64,000 nucleotides of DNA from Centroscyllium fabricii. Its lineage: Eukaryota. Of this stretch, positions 42,901-59,500 are shown one piece after another; the stretch's first letter is position 1, and every line of letters starts with the position of its first letter. The stretch covers positions 8,184,001 through 8,248,000 of the forward strand of contig JBNRSN020000031.1 in assembly GCA_051313645.2 (NCBI GenBank). The letters run 5' to 3'. Both the position numbers and the translations under genes were made by a program. The notes under the pieces are model-generated. The model had not been told where the DNA came from and ran no database searches. It worked only from the letters and a program-made list of their open reading frames with translations.

Positions 42901-45900
42901 TCACGTAATCACATGCTGAGTTATCATTGGCCCAATGGCATCTGTAAGGACTACTATTGTATTCACTTAACCACATGCTGAGTTATCATTGGCCGCAGGC
43001 ATCTGTAAGGACTACCCATTATATTCACGTAATCACATGCTCAGTTATCATTGGCCCATAGGCATCTGTAAGGACTACTATTGTATTCACGTAATCAAAT
43101 GCTGAGTTATTATTGGCCTGCAGCCATCTGTAAGGACAACTATTATATTCACGTAATCACATGCTGAGTTATCATTGGCCCACAGGCATCTGTAAGGACT
43201 ACCTATTATATTCATGTAATCACATGCTGAGTTATCATTGGCCCACAGATATCTGTAAGGACTACCCTTTATATTCACGTAATCACATGCTGAGTTATCA
43301 TTGGCCCACAGGCATCTGTAAGGACTACTATTGTATTCACGTAATCAAATGCTGAGTTATTATTGGCCTGCAGGCATCTGTAAGGACTACTATTGTATTC
43401 ACGTAATCAAATGCTGAGTTATCATTGGCCCACAGGCATCTGTAAGGACTACTATTGTATTCACATAATCACATGCTGAGTTATCATTGGCCCGCAGGCA
43501 TCTGTAAGGACTGCCTATTATATTCACGTAATCACACGCTGAGTTATCATTGGCCCACAGGTATCTGTAAGGACTACTATTATATTCACGTAATCACATG
43601 CTGAGTTATCATTGGCCCACTGGCATCTGTAAGGACTACTATTGTATTCACGTAATCAAATGCTGAGTTATCATTGGCCCACAGGCATCTGTAAGGACTA
43701 CTATTGTATTCACGTAATCACATGCTGAGTTATCATTGGCCCACAGGCATCTGTAAGGACTACCTATTATATTCACGTAATCACATGCTGAGTTATCATT
43801 GGCCACAGGCATCTGTAAAGACTACCTATTATATGCACGTAATCACATGCTGAGTTATCATTGGCCCACAGGCATCTGTAAGGACTACCTTTTATATTCA
43901 CGTAATCTCATGCTGAATTATCATTGGCCCACAGGCATCTGGAAGGACTACCTATTATATTCACGTAATCACATGCTGAGTTATCATTGGCCCACAGGCA
44001 TCTGGAAGGACTACCTATTATATTCACGTAATCACATGCTGAAATATCATTGGACCAAAGGCATCTGTAAGGACTACCTATTATATTCACGTAATCACAT
44101 GTTGAGTTATCATTGGCCCACAGGCATCTGTAAGGACTACCTATTATATTCACGTAATCACATGCTGAATTATCATTGCGCACAGGCATCTGTAAGGACT
44201 ACCTGTTATATTCACGTAATCACATGCTGAGTTATCATTGGCCCAATGGCATCTGTAAGGACTACTATTGTATTCACTTAACCACATGCTGACTTATCAT
44301 TGGCCGCAGGCATCTGTAAGGACTACCCATTATATTCACGTAATCACATGCTGTGTTATCATTGGCCCATAGGCATCAGTAAGAACTACTATTGTATTCA
44401 ATTAACCAAATGCTGAGTTATCATTGGCCCACAGGCATCTGTAAGGACTACTATTGTATTCACGTAATCACATGCTGAGTTATCATTGGCCCGCAGGCAT
44501 CTGTAAGGACTACCTATTATATTCACGTAATCACACGCTGGGTTATCATTCGCCCACAGGCATCTGTAAGGACTACTATTATATTAACGTAATCACATGC
44601 TGAGTTATCATTGGCCCACAGGCATCTGTAAGGACTACCTTTTATATTCACTTAATCACATGCTGAATTATCATTCGCCCACAGGCATCTGTAGGGACAA
44701 CCTATTATATTCACGTAATCACATGCTGAGTTATCATTGGCCCACAGGCATCTGTAAGGACTACCTATTATATTCACGTAATCACATGCTGAGATATCAT
44801 TGGCCCACAGGCATCTGTAAGGACTACCTATTATATTCACGTAATCACATGCTGAGTTATCATTGGCCCACAGGCATCTGTAAGGACTACCTATTATATT
44901 CACGTAATCACATGCTGAATTACCATTGGCCCACAGGCATCTGTAAGGACTACCTATCATATTGACGTAATCACATGCTGAGTTATCATTGGCCCACAGG
45001 CATCTGTAAGGACTACCTATTATATTCATGTAATCACATGCTGAGTTATCATTGGCCCACAGGCATCTGGAAGGACTACCTATTATATTCACGTAATCAC
45101 ATGCTGAATTATCATTGGACCAAAGGCATCTGTAAGGACTACTATTGTATTCACGTAATCACATGCTGAGTTATCATTGGCCCACAGGCATCTGTAAGGA
45201 CTACCTATTATATTTACGTAATCACATGCTGAGTTATCATTGGCCCACAGGCATTTGGAAGGACTACCTATTATATTCACGTATTCACATGCTGAGTTAT
45301 CATTGGCCCACAGGCATCTGTAAGGACTACCTTTTATATTCACGTAACCACATGCTGAGTTATCATTGGCCAACAGGCATCTGTAAGGACTACCTATTAT
45401 ATTCATGTAATCATATGCTGAGTTATCATCGGCCAACAGTCATCTGTAAGGACAACCTATTGTATTCAAGTAATCACATGCTGAGTTATCATTGGCCCAC
45501 AGGCATCTGTAAGGACTACCTATTATATTCACATAATCACATGCTGAGTTATCATTGGCCCACAGGCGTCTGTAAGGACTACCTATTATATTCACGTAAT
45601 CACATGCTGAGTTATCATTGGCCCACAGGTATCTGTAAGGAATACCTATTATATTCACGTAATCACCTGCTGAGTTATCATTGTCCCACAGGCATCTGGA
45701 AGGACTAACTATTATATTCACGTAATCACATGCTGAATTATCATTGGACCAAAGGCATCTGTAAGGACTACCTATTATATTCACGTAATCACATGTTGAG
45801 TTATCATTGGCCCACAGGCATCTGTAAGGACTACCTATTATATTCACGTAATCACCTGCTGAGTTATCATTGGCCCACAGGCATCTGGAAGGACTATCTA

Positions 45901-48900
45901 TTATATTCACGTAATCACATGCTGAGTTATCATTGGCCACAGGCATCTGTAAGGACAACCTATTATATTCATGTAATCACATGCTGAGTTATCATTGGCC
46001 CACAGGCATCTGTAAGGACTACCTATTATATTCACGTAATCAAATGCTGAGTTATCATTGGCCTGCAGGCATCTGTAAGAAATGCCTATTATATTCACGT
46101 GATCACATGCTGAGTTATCATTGGCCCACAGGCATCTGTAAGGACTACCTATTATATTCACGTAATCACATGCTGAGTTATCATTGGCCACAGGCATCTG
46201 TAAAGACTACCTATTATATTCACGTAATCACATGCTGAGTTATCATTGGCCCACAGGCATCTGTAAGGACTACCTTTTATATTCACGTAATCTCATGCTA
46301 AATTATCATTGGCCCACAGGCATCTGGAAGGACTACCTATTATATTCACGTAATCACATGCTGAGTTATCATTGGCCCAAAGGCATCTGGAAGGACTACC
46401 TATTATATTCACGTAATCACATGCTGAAATATCATTGGACCAAAGGCATCTGTAAGGACTACCTATTATATTCACGTAATCACATGTTGAGTTATCATTG
46501 GCCCACAGTCATCTGTAAGGACTACCTATTATATTCACGTAATCACATGCTGAATTATCATTGCGCACAGGCATCTGTAAGGACTACCTATTATATTCAC
46601 GTAATCACATGCTGAGTTATCATTGGCCCAATGGCATCTGTAAGGACTACTATTGTATTCACTTAACCACATGCTGAGTTATCATTGGCCGCAGGCATCT
46701 GTAAGGAGTACCCATTATATTCACGTAATCACATGCTCAGTTATCATTGGCCCATAGGCATCTGTAAGGACTACTATTGTATTCACGTAATCAAATGCTG
46801 AGTTATTATTGGCCTGCAGCCATCTGTAAGGACAACTATTATATTCACGTAATCACATGCTGAGTTATCATTGGCCCACAGGCATCTGTAAGGACTACCT
46901 ATTATATTCACGTAATCACATGCTGAGTTATCATTGGCCCACAGACATCTGTAAGGACTACCCTTTATATTCACGTAATCACATGCTGAGTTATCATTGG
47001 CCCACATGCATCTGTAAGGACTACCTATTATATTCACGTAATCACATGCTGAATTATCATTGCCCGCTGGCATCGGTAAGGACTACCAATTATATTCACG
47101 TGATCACATGCTGAGTTATCATTGGCCCAAAGGCATCTGTAAGGACTACTATTGTATTCACGTAATCAAATGCTGAGTTATCATTGGCCCACTGGCATCT
47201 GTAAGGAGAACCTATTATATTAAGGTAATCACATGCTGAATTATCATTGGCCCACAGGCATCTATAAGGGCTAACTATTATATTCACGTAATCACATGCT
47301 GAGTTATCATTGGCCCACAGGCATCTGTAAGGACTACCTCTTATATTCATGTAATCACACGCTGAGTTATCATTGGCCCACAGGCATTTGTAAGGACTAC
47401 GTATTATATTCACGTAATCACATGCTGAGTTATCATTGGCCCACAGGCATCTGTAAGTACTACCTATTATATTCACGTAATCACATGCTGAGTTATCATT
47501 GGCCCACAGGCATCTGTAAGGACTACATATTATATTCACGAAATCCCATGCTGAGATATCATTGGCCCACAGGCATCTGTAAGGACTACCTATTATATTC
47601 ACGTAATCACATGCTAAGTTATCGTTGGCCCACAGGCATCTGTAAGGACTACCTATTATATTCACGTAATCACATGCTGAATTATCATTGGCCCACAGGC
47701 ATCTGTAATGACTACCTATTATATATACGTAATCACATGCTGAGTTTTCATTGGCCCGCAGGCATCTGTAAGAGCTACCAATTATATTCACGTGATCACA
47801 TGCTGAGTTATCATTGGCCCACAGGCATCTGTAAGGACTACTATTGTATTCAATTAACCAAATGCTGAGTTATCATTGGCCCACAGGCATCTGTAAGGAC
47901 TACTATTGTATTCACGTAATCACATGCTGAGTTATCATTGGCCCGCAGGCATCTGTAAGGACTACCTATTATATTCACGTAATCACACGCTGAGTTATCA
48001 TTGGCTCACAGGCATCTGTAAGGACTACTATTATATTCACGTAATCACATGCTGAGTTATCATTGGCCCACTGGCATCTGTAAGGACTACTATTGTATTC
48101 AAGTAATCAAATGCTGAGTTATCATTGGCCCACAGGCATCTGTAAGGACTACTATTGTATTCACGTAATCACATGCTGAGTTATCATTGGCCCGCAGGCA
48201 TCTGTAAGGGCTCCTATTATATTCACGTAATCACATGCTGAGTTATCATTGGCCCACAGGCATCTGTAAGGACTACCTATTATATTCACGTAATCACATG
48301 CTGAATTATCATTGGCCCACAGGCATTTGTAAGGGCTACCTTTTATATTCACGTAATCACATGCTGAGTTATCATTGGCCCACAGGCATCTGTAAGGACT
48401 ACCTATTTTATTCACGTAATCACATGATGAGATATCATTGGCCCACAGGCATCTGTAAGGACTACCTATTATATACCCGTAATAATATGCTGAGTTATCA
48501 TTGGCCCATGGGCATCTGTAAGGACTATCTATTATATTCACGTAATCAAATGCTGCGTTATCATTGGCCCACAGGCATCTGTAAGGACTACCTATTATAT
48601 TCAGGTAATCACATGCTGAATTATCATTGGCCCACAGGCATCTGTAAGAACTACCTATTATATTCACGTAATCACATGCTGAGTTATCATTGGCCCACAG
48701 GCATCTGTAAGGACAACCTGTTATATTCACGTAATCCCATGCTGAGTTTTCATTGGCCCACAGGCATTTGGATGGACTACCTATTATATTCACGTAATCA
48801 CATGCTGAGTTATCATTGGCCCACAGGCATCTGTAAGGACTACCTATTATATTCAGGTAATCACATGCTGAATTATCATTGGCCCACAGGCATCTGTAAG

Positions 48901-50544
48901 AACTACCTATTATATTCACGTAATCACATGCTGAGTTATCATTGGCCCACAGGCATCTGTAAGGACTACTATTGTATTCACGTAATCACATGCTGAGTTA
49001 TCATTGGCCCGCAGGCATCTCTAAGGACTACCTATTATATTCTTGTAATCGCATGCTGAATTATCATTGGACCAAAGTCATCTGTAAGGACTACCTACTA
49101 TATTCACGTAATCACATGTTCAGTTATCATTGGGCCACAGGCATCTGTAAGGACTACCTATTATATTCACGTAATCACAAGCTGAATTATCATTCCCCAC
49201 AGGCATCTGTAAGGACTACCTATTATATTCACGTAATCACATGCTGAGTTATCATTGGCCCACTGGCATCTGTAAGGACTACTATTGTATTCACTTAACC
49301 ACATGGTGAGATATCATTGGCCGGAGGCATACGTAAGCGCTACCTATTATATTCACGTAATCACATGCTGAGTTATCATTGGCCCACAGGCATCTGTATG
49401 GGCTAACTATTATATTCACGTAATCACATGCTGAGTTATCATTGGCCCACAGGCATCTGTAAGGTCTACCTATTATATTCACGTAATCACATGCAGCGAT
49501 ATCATTGGCCCACAGGCATCTGGAAGGACTACCTAATATATTCACGTAATCACATGCTGAATTATCATTGGACCAAAGGCATCTGTAAGGACTACCTATT
49601 ATATTCACGTAATCACTTGTTGAGTTATCATTGGCCCACAGGCATCTGTAAGGACTACCTATTATATTCACGTAATCACATGCTGAATTATCATTGCCCA
49701 CAGGTATCTGTAAGGACTACCTATTATATTCACGTAATCACATGCTGAGTTATCATTGGCCCACTGGCATCTGTAAGGACTACTATTGTATTCACTTAAC
49801 CACATGCTGAGTTATCATTTGCCGCAGGCATCGGTAAGGACTACCCATTCTATTCATGTAATCACATGCTGAGATATCATTGGCCCACAGGCATCTGTAA
49901 GGACTACTATTGTATTCACGTAATCAAATGCTGAGTTATCATTGGCCTGCAGGCATCTGTAAGGATAACTATTATATTCACGTAATCACATGCTGAGATA
50001 TCATTGGCCCACAGGCATCAGTAAGGACTACCTATTATATTCACGTAATCACATGCTGAGTTATCATTGGCCCACATGCATCTGTAAGGACTACCTATTA
50101 TATTCACGTAACCACATGCTGAATTATCATTGGCCCGCTGGCATCTGTAAGGACTACCAATTATATTCACGTGATCACATGCTGAGTTATCATTGGCCCA
50201 AAGGCATCTGTAAGGACTACTATTGTATTCACGTAATCAAATGCTGAGTTATCATTGGCCCACTGGCATCTGTAAGGAGAACCTATTATATTCAGGTAAT
50301 CACATGCTGAATTATCATTGGCCCACAGGCATCTATAAGGACTACCTATTATATTCACGTAATCACATGCTGAGTTATCATTGGCCCACAGGCATCTGTA
50401 AGGACTACCTCTTATATTCATGTAATCACACGCTGAGTTATCATTGGCCCACAGGCATTTGTAAGGACTACATATTATATTCACGTAATCACATGCTCAG
50501 TTATCATTGGCCCACAGGCATCTGTAAGGACTACCTATTATATT

Positions 50545-53500
50545 CACGTAATCACATGCTGAGTTATCATTGGCCCACAGGCATCTGTAAGGACTACCTA
50601 TTATATTCACGTAATCCCATGCTGAGATATCATTGGCCCACAGGCATCTGTAAGGACTACCTATTATATTCACGTAATCACATGCTAAGTTATCGTTGGC
50701 CCACAGGCATCTGTAAGGACTACCTATTATATTCACGTAATCACATGCTGAATTATCATTGGCCCACAGGCATCTGTAATGACTACCTATTATATTTACG
50801 TAATCACATGCTGAGTTATCATTGGCCCGCAGGCATCTGTAAGAGCTACCAATTATATTCACGTGATCACATGCTGAGTTATCATTGGCCCACAGGCATC
50901 TGTAAGGACTACTATTGTATTCAATTAACCAAATGCTGAGTTATCATTGGACCACAGGCATCTGTAAGGACTACTATTGTATTCACGTAATCACATGCTG
51001 AGTTATCATTGGCCCGAAGGCATCTGTAAGGACTACCTATTATATTCACGTAATCACACGCTGAGTTATCATTCGCCCACAGGCATCTGTAAGGACTACT
51101 ATTATATTAACGTAATCACATGCTGAGTTATCATTGGCCCACTGGCATCTGTAAGGACTACTATTATATTCAAGTAATCAAATGCTGAGTTATCATTGGC
51201 CCACAGGCATCTGAAAGGACTACTATTGTATTCACGTAATCACATGCTGAGTTATCATTGGCCCGCAGGCATCTGTAAGGGCTCCTATTACATTCACGTA
51301 ATCACATGCTGAGTTATCATTGGCCCACAGGCATCTGTAAGGACTACCTATTATATTCACGTAATCACATGCTGAATTATCATTGGTCCACAGACATTTG
51401 TAAGGGCTACCTTTTATATTCACGTAATCACATGCTGAGTTATCATTGGCCCACAGGCATCTGTAAGGGCTACCTATTTTATTCACGTAATCACATGATG
51501 AGATATCATTGGCCCACAGGCATCTGTAAGGACTACCTTTTATATTCCCGTGATAATATGCTGAGTTATCATTGGCCCATGGGCATCTGTAAGGACTATC
51601 TATTATATTCACGTAATCAAATGCTGAGTTATCATTGGCCCACAGGCATCTGTAAGGACTACCTATTATATTCAGGTAATCACATGCTGAATTATCATTG
51701 GCCCACAGGCATCTGTAAGAACTACCTATTATATTCACGTAATCAAATGCTGAGTTATCATTGGCCCACAGGCATTTGGTAGGACTACCTATTATATTCA
51801 CGTATTCACATGCTGAGTTATCATTGGCCCACAGCCATCTGTAAGGACTACCTTTTATATTCACGTAATCACATACTCAGTTATCATTGGCCAACAGGCA
51901 TCTGTAAGGACTACCTATTATATTCACGTAATCATATGCTGAGTTATCATCGGCCAACAGTCATCAGTAAGGACAACCTATTTTATTCAAGTAATCTCAT
52001 GCTGAGTTATCATTGGCCCACAGGCATCTGTAAGGACTACCTATTATATTCACGTAATCACATGCTGAGTTATCATTGGCCCACAGGCATCTGTAAGGAC
52101 TACCTATTATATTCACGTAATCACATGCTGAGTTATCATTGGCCCACAGGCATCTGTAAGGACTACCTATAATATTCAAGTAATCACATGGTGAGTTATC
52201 ATTGGCCCACAGGCATCTGTAAGGACTACCTATTATATTCACGTAATCACATGCTGAATTATCATTGGACCAAAGGCATCTGTAAGTAAACTATTGTATT
52301 CACGTAATCACATGCTGAGTTATCATTGGCCCACAGGCATCTGTAAGAACTACCTATTATATTTACGTAATCACATGCTGAGTTATCATTGGACCACATG
52401 CATCTGTAAGGACAACCTACTATATTCATGTAATCACATGCTGAGTTATCATTGGCACACAGGCATCTGTAAGGACTACCTATAATATTCAAGTAATCAC
52501 ATGCTGAGTTATCATTGGCCCACAGGCATCTGTAAGGACTACCTATTATCTTCACGTAATCACATGCTGAGTTATCATTGGCCACATGCATCTGGAAGGA
52601 CTATCTATTATATTTACGTTATCACATGCTGAGTTATCATTGGCCCACAGGCATCTGTAAGGACTACCTTTTATATTCACTTAATCACATGCTGAATTAT
52701 CATTGGCCCACAGGCATCTGTAAGGACAACCTACTATATTCATGTAATCACATGCTGAGTTATCATTGGCACACAGGCATCTGTAAGGACTACCTATTAT
52801 ATTCACGTAATCACATGCTGAGATATCGTTGGCCCACAGGCATCTGTAAGGACTACCTATTATATTCACGTAATCACATGCTGAGTTATCATTGGCCCAC
52901 AGGCATCTGTAAGGACTACCTATTATATTCACGTAATCACATGCTGAATTACCATTGGCCCACAGGCATCTGTAAGGACTACCTATCATATTCACGTAAT
53001 CACATGCTGAGTTATCATTGGCCCACAGGCATTTGTAAGGACTACCTATTATATTCATGTAATCACATGCTGAGTTATCATTGGCCCACAGGCATCTGGA
53101 AGGACTACCTATTATATTCACGTAATCACATGCTGAATTATCATTGGACCAAAGGCATCTGTAAGGACTACTATTGTATTCACGTAATCACATGCTGAGT
53201 TATCATTGGCCCACAGGCATCTGTAAGGACTACATATTATATTTACGTAATCACATGCTGAGTTATCATTGGCCCACAGGCATTTGGATGGACTACCTAT
53301 TATATTCACATATTCACATGCTGAGTTATCATTGGCCCACAGGCATCTGTAAGGACTACCTTTTATATTCACGTAACCACATGCTGAGTTATCAATGGCC
53401 AACAGGCATCTGTAAGGACTACCTATTATATTCACGTAATCATATGCTGTGTTATCATCGGCCAACAGTCATCTGTAAGGACAACCTATTGTATTCAGGT

Positions 53501-56500
53501 AATCACATGCTCAGTTATCATTGGCCCACAAGCATCTGTAACGACTACCTATTATATTCACATAATCACATGCTGAGTTACCATTGGCCCACAGGCGTCT
53601 GTAAGGACTACCTATTATATTCACGTAATCACATGCTGAGTTATCATTGGCCCACAGGTATCTGTAAGGAATACCTATTATATTCACGTAATCACCTGCT
53701 GAGTTATCATTGTCCCACAGGCATCGGGAAGGACTACCTATTATATTCACGTAATCACATGCTGAATTATCATTGGACCAAAGGCATCTGTAAGGACTAC
53801 CTATTATATTCACGAAATCACATGTTGAGTTATCATTGGCCCACAGACATCTGTAAGGACTACCTATTATATTCACGTAATCACATGCTCAGTTATCATT
53901 GGCCCACAGGCATCTGGAAGGACTATCTATTATATTCACGTAATCACATGCTGAGTTATCATTGGCCACAGGCATCTGTAAGGACAACGTATTATATTCA
54001 CGTAATCACATGCTGAGTTATCACTGGCCCACAGGCATCTGTAAGGACTACCTATTATATTCACGTAATCAAATGCTGAGTTATCATTGGCCTGCAGGCA
54101 TCTGTAAGAACTGCCTATTATATTCACGTAATCACATGCTGAGTTATCATTGGCCCACAGGCATCTGTAAGGACTACCTATTATATTCAAGTAATCACAT
54201 GCTGAGTTATCATTGGCCCACAGGCATCTGTAAGGACTACCTATTATATTCACGTAATCACATGCTGAGTTATCATTGGCCCACAGACATCTGTAAGGAC
54301 TACCCTTTATATTCACGTAATCACATGCTGAGTTATCACTGGCCCACAGGCATCTGTTTGGACTACCTATTATATTCAGGTAATCACATGCTGAATTATC
54401 ATTGGCCCACAGGCATCTGTAAGAACTACCTATTATATTCACGTAATCACATGCTGAGTTATCATTGGCCCACAGGCATCTGTAAGGACTACCTGTTATA
54501 TTCACGTAATCCCATGCTGAGTTTTCATTGGCCCACAGGCATTTGGAAGGACTACCTATTATATTCACGTATTCACATGCTGAGTTATCATTGGCCCACA
54601 GCCATCTGTAAGGACTACCTTTTATATTCACGTAATCAAATACTGAGTTATCATTGGCCAACAGGCATCTGTAAGGACTACCTATTATATTCACGTAATC
54701 ATATGCTGAGTTATCATCGGCCAACAGTCATCTGTAAGGACAACCTATTATATTCAAGTAATCACATGCTGAGATATCATTGGCCCACAGGAATCTGTAA
54801 GGACTACCTAATTTATTCACGTAATCACATGCTGAGTTATCATTGGCCCACAGGCATCTGTAAGGTCTACCTATTATATTAACGTAATCACATGCTGAGT
54901 TTTCATTGGCCCACAGGCATCTGTAAGGACTACCTATTATATTCACGTAACCACATGCTGAGTTATCATTGGCCCACAGGCATCTGGAAGGACTACCTAT
55001 TATATTCACGTAATCACCTGCTGAATTATCATTGGACCAAAGGCATCTGTAAGTACTACTATTGTATTCACGTAATCACATGCTGAGTTATCATTGGCCC
55101 ACAGGCATCTGTAAGAACTACCTATTATATTTAAGTAATCACATGCTGAGTTATCATTGGCCCACAGGCATCTGGAAGGACTACCTATTATATTCAGGTA
55201 ATCACGTGCTGAGTTATCATTGGCCCACAGGCATCTCGAAGGACTACCTTTTATATTCACGTAATCACATGTTGAATTATCATTGGCCCACAGGCATCTG
55301 TAAGGACTTCCTATTATTTTCACTTAATCACATGTTGAGTTATCATTGGCCCACAGGCATCTGTAAGCACTACCTATTATATTCACGTAATCACATTCTG
55401 AGTAATCATTGGCCCACAGGCATCTGGAAGGATTACCTATTATATTCACGTATTCACATGCTGAGTTATCATTGGCCACAGGCATCTGTAAGGACAACCT
55501 ATTATATTCACGTAATCACAAGCTGAATTATCATTGCCCACAGGCATCTGTAAGGACTACCTATTATATTCATGTAATCACAAGCTGAATTCTCATTGCC
55601 CACAGGCATCTGTAAGGACTACCTATTATATTCACGTAATCACATGCTGAGTTATCATTGGCCCACTGGCATCTGTAAGGACTACTATTGTATTCACTTA
55701 ACCACATGCTGAGTTATCATTGGCCGGAGGCGTCCGTAAGGACTACCTATTATAGTCACGTAATCACATGCTGAGTTATCATTGGCCCACAGGCATCTGT
55801 ATGGACTAACTATTATATTCACGTAATCACATGCTGAGTTATCATTGGCCCACAGGCATCTGTAAGGTCTACCTATTATATTCACGTAATCACATGCTGC
55901 GATATCATTGGCCCACAGGCATCTGGAAGGACTACCTATTATATTCACGTAATCACATGCTGAATTATCATTGGACCAAAGGCATCTGTAAGGACTACCT
56001 ATTATATTCACGTAATCACTTGTTGAGTTATCATTGGCCCACAGGCATCTGTAAGGACTATCTATTATATTCACGTAATCACATGCTGAATTATCATTGC
56101 CCACAGGTATCTGTAAGGACTACCTATTATATTCACGTAATCACATGCTGAGTTATCATTGGCCCACTGGCATCTGTAAGGACTAGTATTGTATTCACTT
56201 AACCACATGCTGAGTTATCATTTGCCGCAGGCATCTGTAAGGACTACCCATTCTATTCACGTAATCACATGCTGAGTTATCATTGGCCCACAGGCATCTG
56301 TAAGGACTACTATTGTATTCACGTAATCAAATGCTGAGTTATCATTGGCCTGCAGGCATCTTTAAGGACAACTATTATATTCACGTAATCAAATGCTGAG
56401 TTATCATTGGCCCACAGGCATCTGTAAGGACTACTTATTATATTCACGTAATCACATGCTGAGTTATCATTGGCCCACAGGCATCTGTAAGGACTACCTA

Positions 56501-59500
56501 TTATATTCACGTAATCACATGCTGAATTATCATTGCCCACAGGTATCTGTAAGGACTACCTATTATATTCACGTAATCACATGCTGAGTTATCATTGGCC
56601 CACTGGCATCTGTAAGGACTAGTATTGTATTCACTTAACCACATGCTGAGTTATCATTTGCCGCAGGCATCTGTAAGGACTACCCATTCTATTCACGTAA
56701 TCACATGCTGAGTTATCATTGGCCCACAGGCATCTGTAAGGACTACTATTGTATTCACGTAATCAAATGCTGAGTTATCATTGGCCTGCAGGCATCTGTA
56801 AGGACAACTATTATATTCACGTAATCACATGCTGAGTTATCATTGGCCCACAGGCATCTGTAAGGACTACTTATTATATTCACGTAATCACATGCTGAGT
56901 TATCATTGGCCCACAGGCATCTGTAAGGACTACCTATTATATTCACGTAATCACATGCTGAATTATCATTGGCCCGCAGGCATCTGTAAGGACTACCAAT
57001 TATATTCACCTGATCACATGCTGAGTTATCATTTACCCACAGGCATCTGTAAGGACTACTATTGTATTCACGTAATCAAATGCTGAGTTATCATTGGCCC
57101 ACTTGCATCTGTAAGGAGAACCTATTATATTCAGGTAATCACATGCTGAATTATCATTGGCCCACAGGCATCTATAAGTACTACCTATTATTTTCACGTA
57201 ATCACATGCTGAGTTATCATTGGCCCACAGGCATCTGTAAGGACTACCTATTATATTAACGTAATCCCATGCTGAGATATCATTGGCCCACAGGCATCTG
57301 TAAGGACTACCTATTATATTCACGTAATCACATGCTAAGTTATCGTTGGCCCACAGGCATCTGTAAGGACTACCTATTATATTCACGTAATCACATGCTG
57401 AATTATCATTGGCCCACAGGCATCTGTAATGACTACCTATTATATTTACGTAATCACATGCTGAGTTATCATTGGCCCGCAGGCATCTGTAAGAGCTACC
57501 AATTATATTCACGTGATCACATGCTGAGTTATCATTGGCCCACAGGCATCTGTAAGGACTACTATTGTATTCAATTAACCAAATGCTGAGTTATCATTGG
57601 ACCACAGGCATCTGTAAGGACTACTATTGTATTCACGTAATCACATGCTGAGTTATCATTGGCCCGAAGGCATCTGTAAGGACTACCTATTATATTCACG
57701 TAATCACACGCTGAGTTATCATTCGCCCACAGGCATCTGTAAGGACTACTATTATATTAACGTAATCACATGCTGAGTTATCATTGGCCCACTGGCATCT
57801 GTAAGGACTACTATTGTATTCAAGTAATCAAATGCTGAGTTATCATTGGCCCACAGGCATCTGAAAGGACTACTATTGTATTCACGTAATCACATGCTGA
57901 GTTATCATTGGCCCGCAGGCATCTGTAAGGGCTCCTATTACATTCACGTAATCACATGCTGAGTTATCATTGGCCCACAGGCATCTGTAAGGACTACCTA
58001 TTATATTCACGTAATCACATGCTGAATTATCATTGGTCCACAGACATTTGTAAGGGCTACCTTTTATATTCATGTAATCACATGCTGAGTTATCATTGGC
58101 CCACAGGCATCTGTAAGGGCTACCTATTTTATTCACGTAATCACATGATGAGATATCATTGGCCCACAGGCATCTGTAAGGACTACCTATTATATTCCCG
58201 TGATAATATGCTGAGTTATCATTGGCCCATGGGCATCTGTAAGGACTATCTATTATATTCACGTAATCAAATGCTGAGTTATCATTGGCCCACAGGCATC
58301 TGTAAGGACTACCTATTATATTCAGGTAATCACATGCTGAATTATCATTGGCCCACAGGCATCTGTAAGAACTACCTATTATATTCACGTAATCAAATGC
58401 TGAGTTATCATTGGCCCACAGGCATTTGGTAGGACTACCTATTATATTCACGTATTCACATGCTGAGTTATCATTGGCCCACAGCCATCTGTAAGGACTA
58501 CCTTTTATATTCACGTAATCACATACTCAGTTATCATTGGCCAACAGGCATCTGTAAGGACTACCTATTATATTCACGTAATCATATGCTGAGTTATCAT
58601 CGGCCAACAGTCATCAGTAAGGACAACCTATTTTATTCAAGTAATCACATGCTGAGTTATCATTGGCCCACAGGCATCTGTAAGGACTACCTATTATATT
58701 CACGTAATCACATGCTGAGTTATCATTGGCCCACAGGCATCTGTAAGGACTACCTATTATATTCACGTAATCACATGCTGAGTTATCATTGGCCCACAGG
58801 CATCTGTAAGGACTACCTATAATATTCAAGTAATCACATGGTGAGTTATCATTGGCCCACAGGCATCTGTAAGGACTACTTATTATATTCACGTAATCAC
58901 ATGCTGAATTATCATTGGACCAAAGGCATCTGTAAGTAAACTATTGTATTCACGTAATCACATGCTGAGTTATCATTGGCCCACAGGCATCTGTAAGAAC
59001 TACCTATTATATTTACGTAATCACATGCTGAGTTATCATTGGACCACAGGCATCTGTAAGGACAACCTGCTATATTCATGTAATCACATGCTGAGTTATC
59101 ATTGGCACACAGGCATCTGTAAGGACTACCTATAATATTCAAGTAATCACATGCTGAGTTATCATTGGCCCACAGGCATCTGTAAGGACTACCTATTATC
59201 TTCACGTAATCACATGCTGAGTTATCATTGGCCACATGCATCTGGAAGGACTATCTATTATATTCACGTTATCACATGCTGAGTTATCATTGGCCCACAG
59301 GCATCTGTAAGGACTACCTTTTATATTCACTTAATCACATGCTGAATTATCATTGGCCCACAGGCATCTGTAAGGACAACCTACTATATTCATGTAATCA
59401 CATGCTGAGTTATCATTGGCACACAGGCATCTGTAAGGACTACCTATTATATTCACGTAATCACATGCTGAGATATCGTTGGCCCACAGGCATCTGTAAG

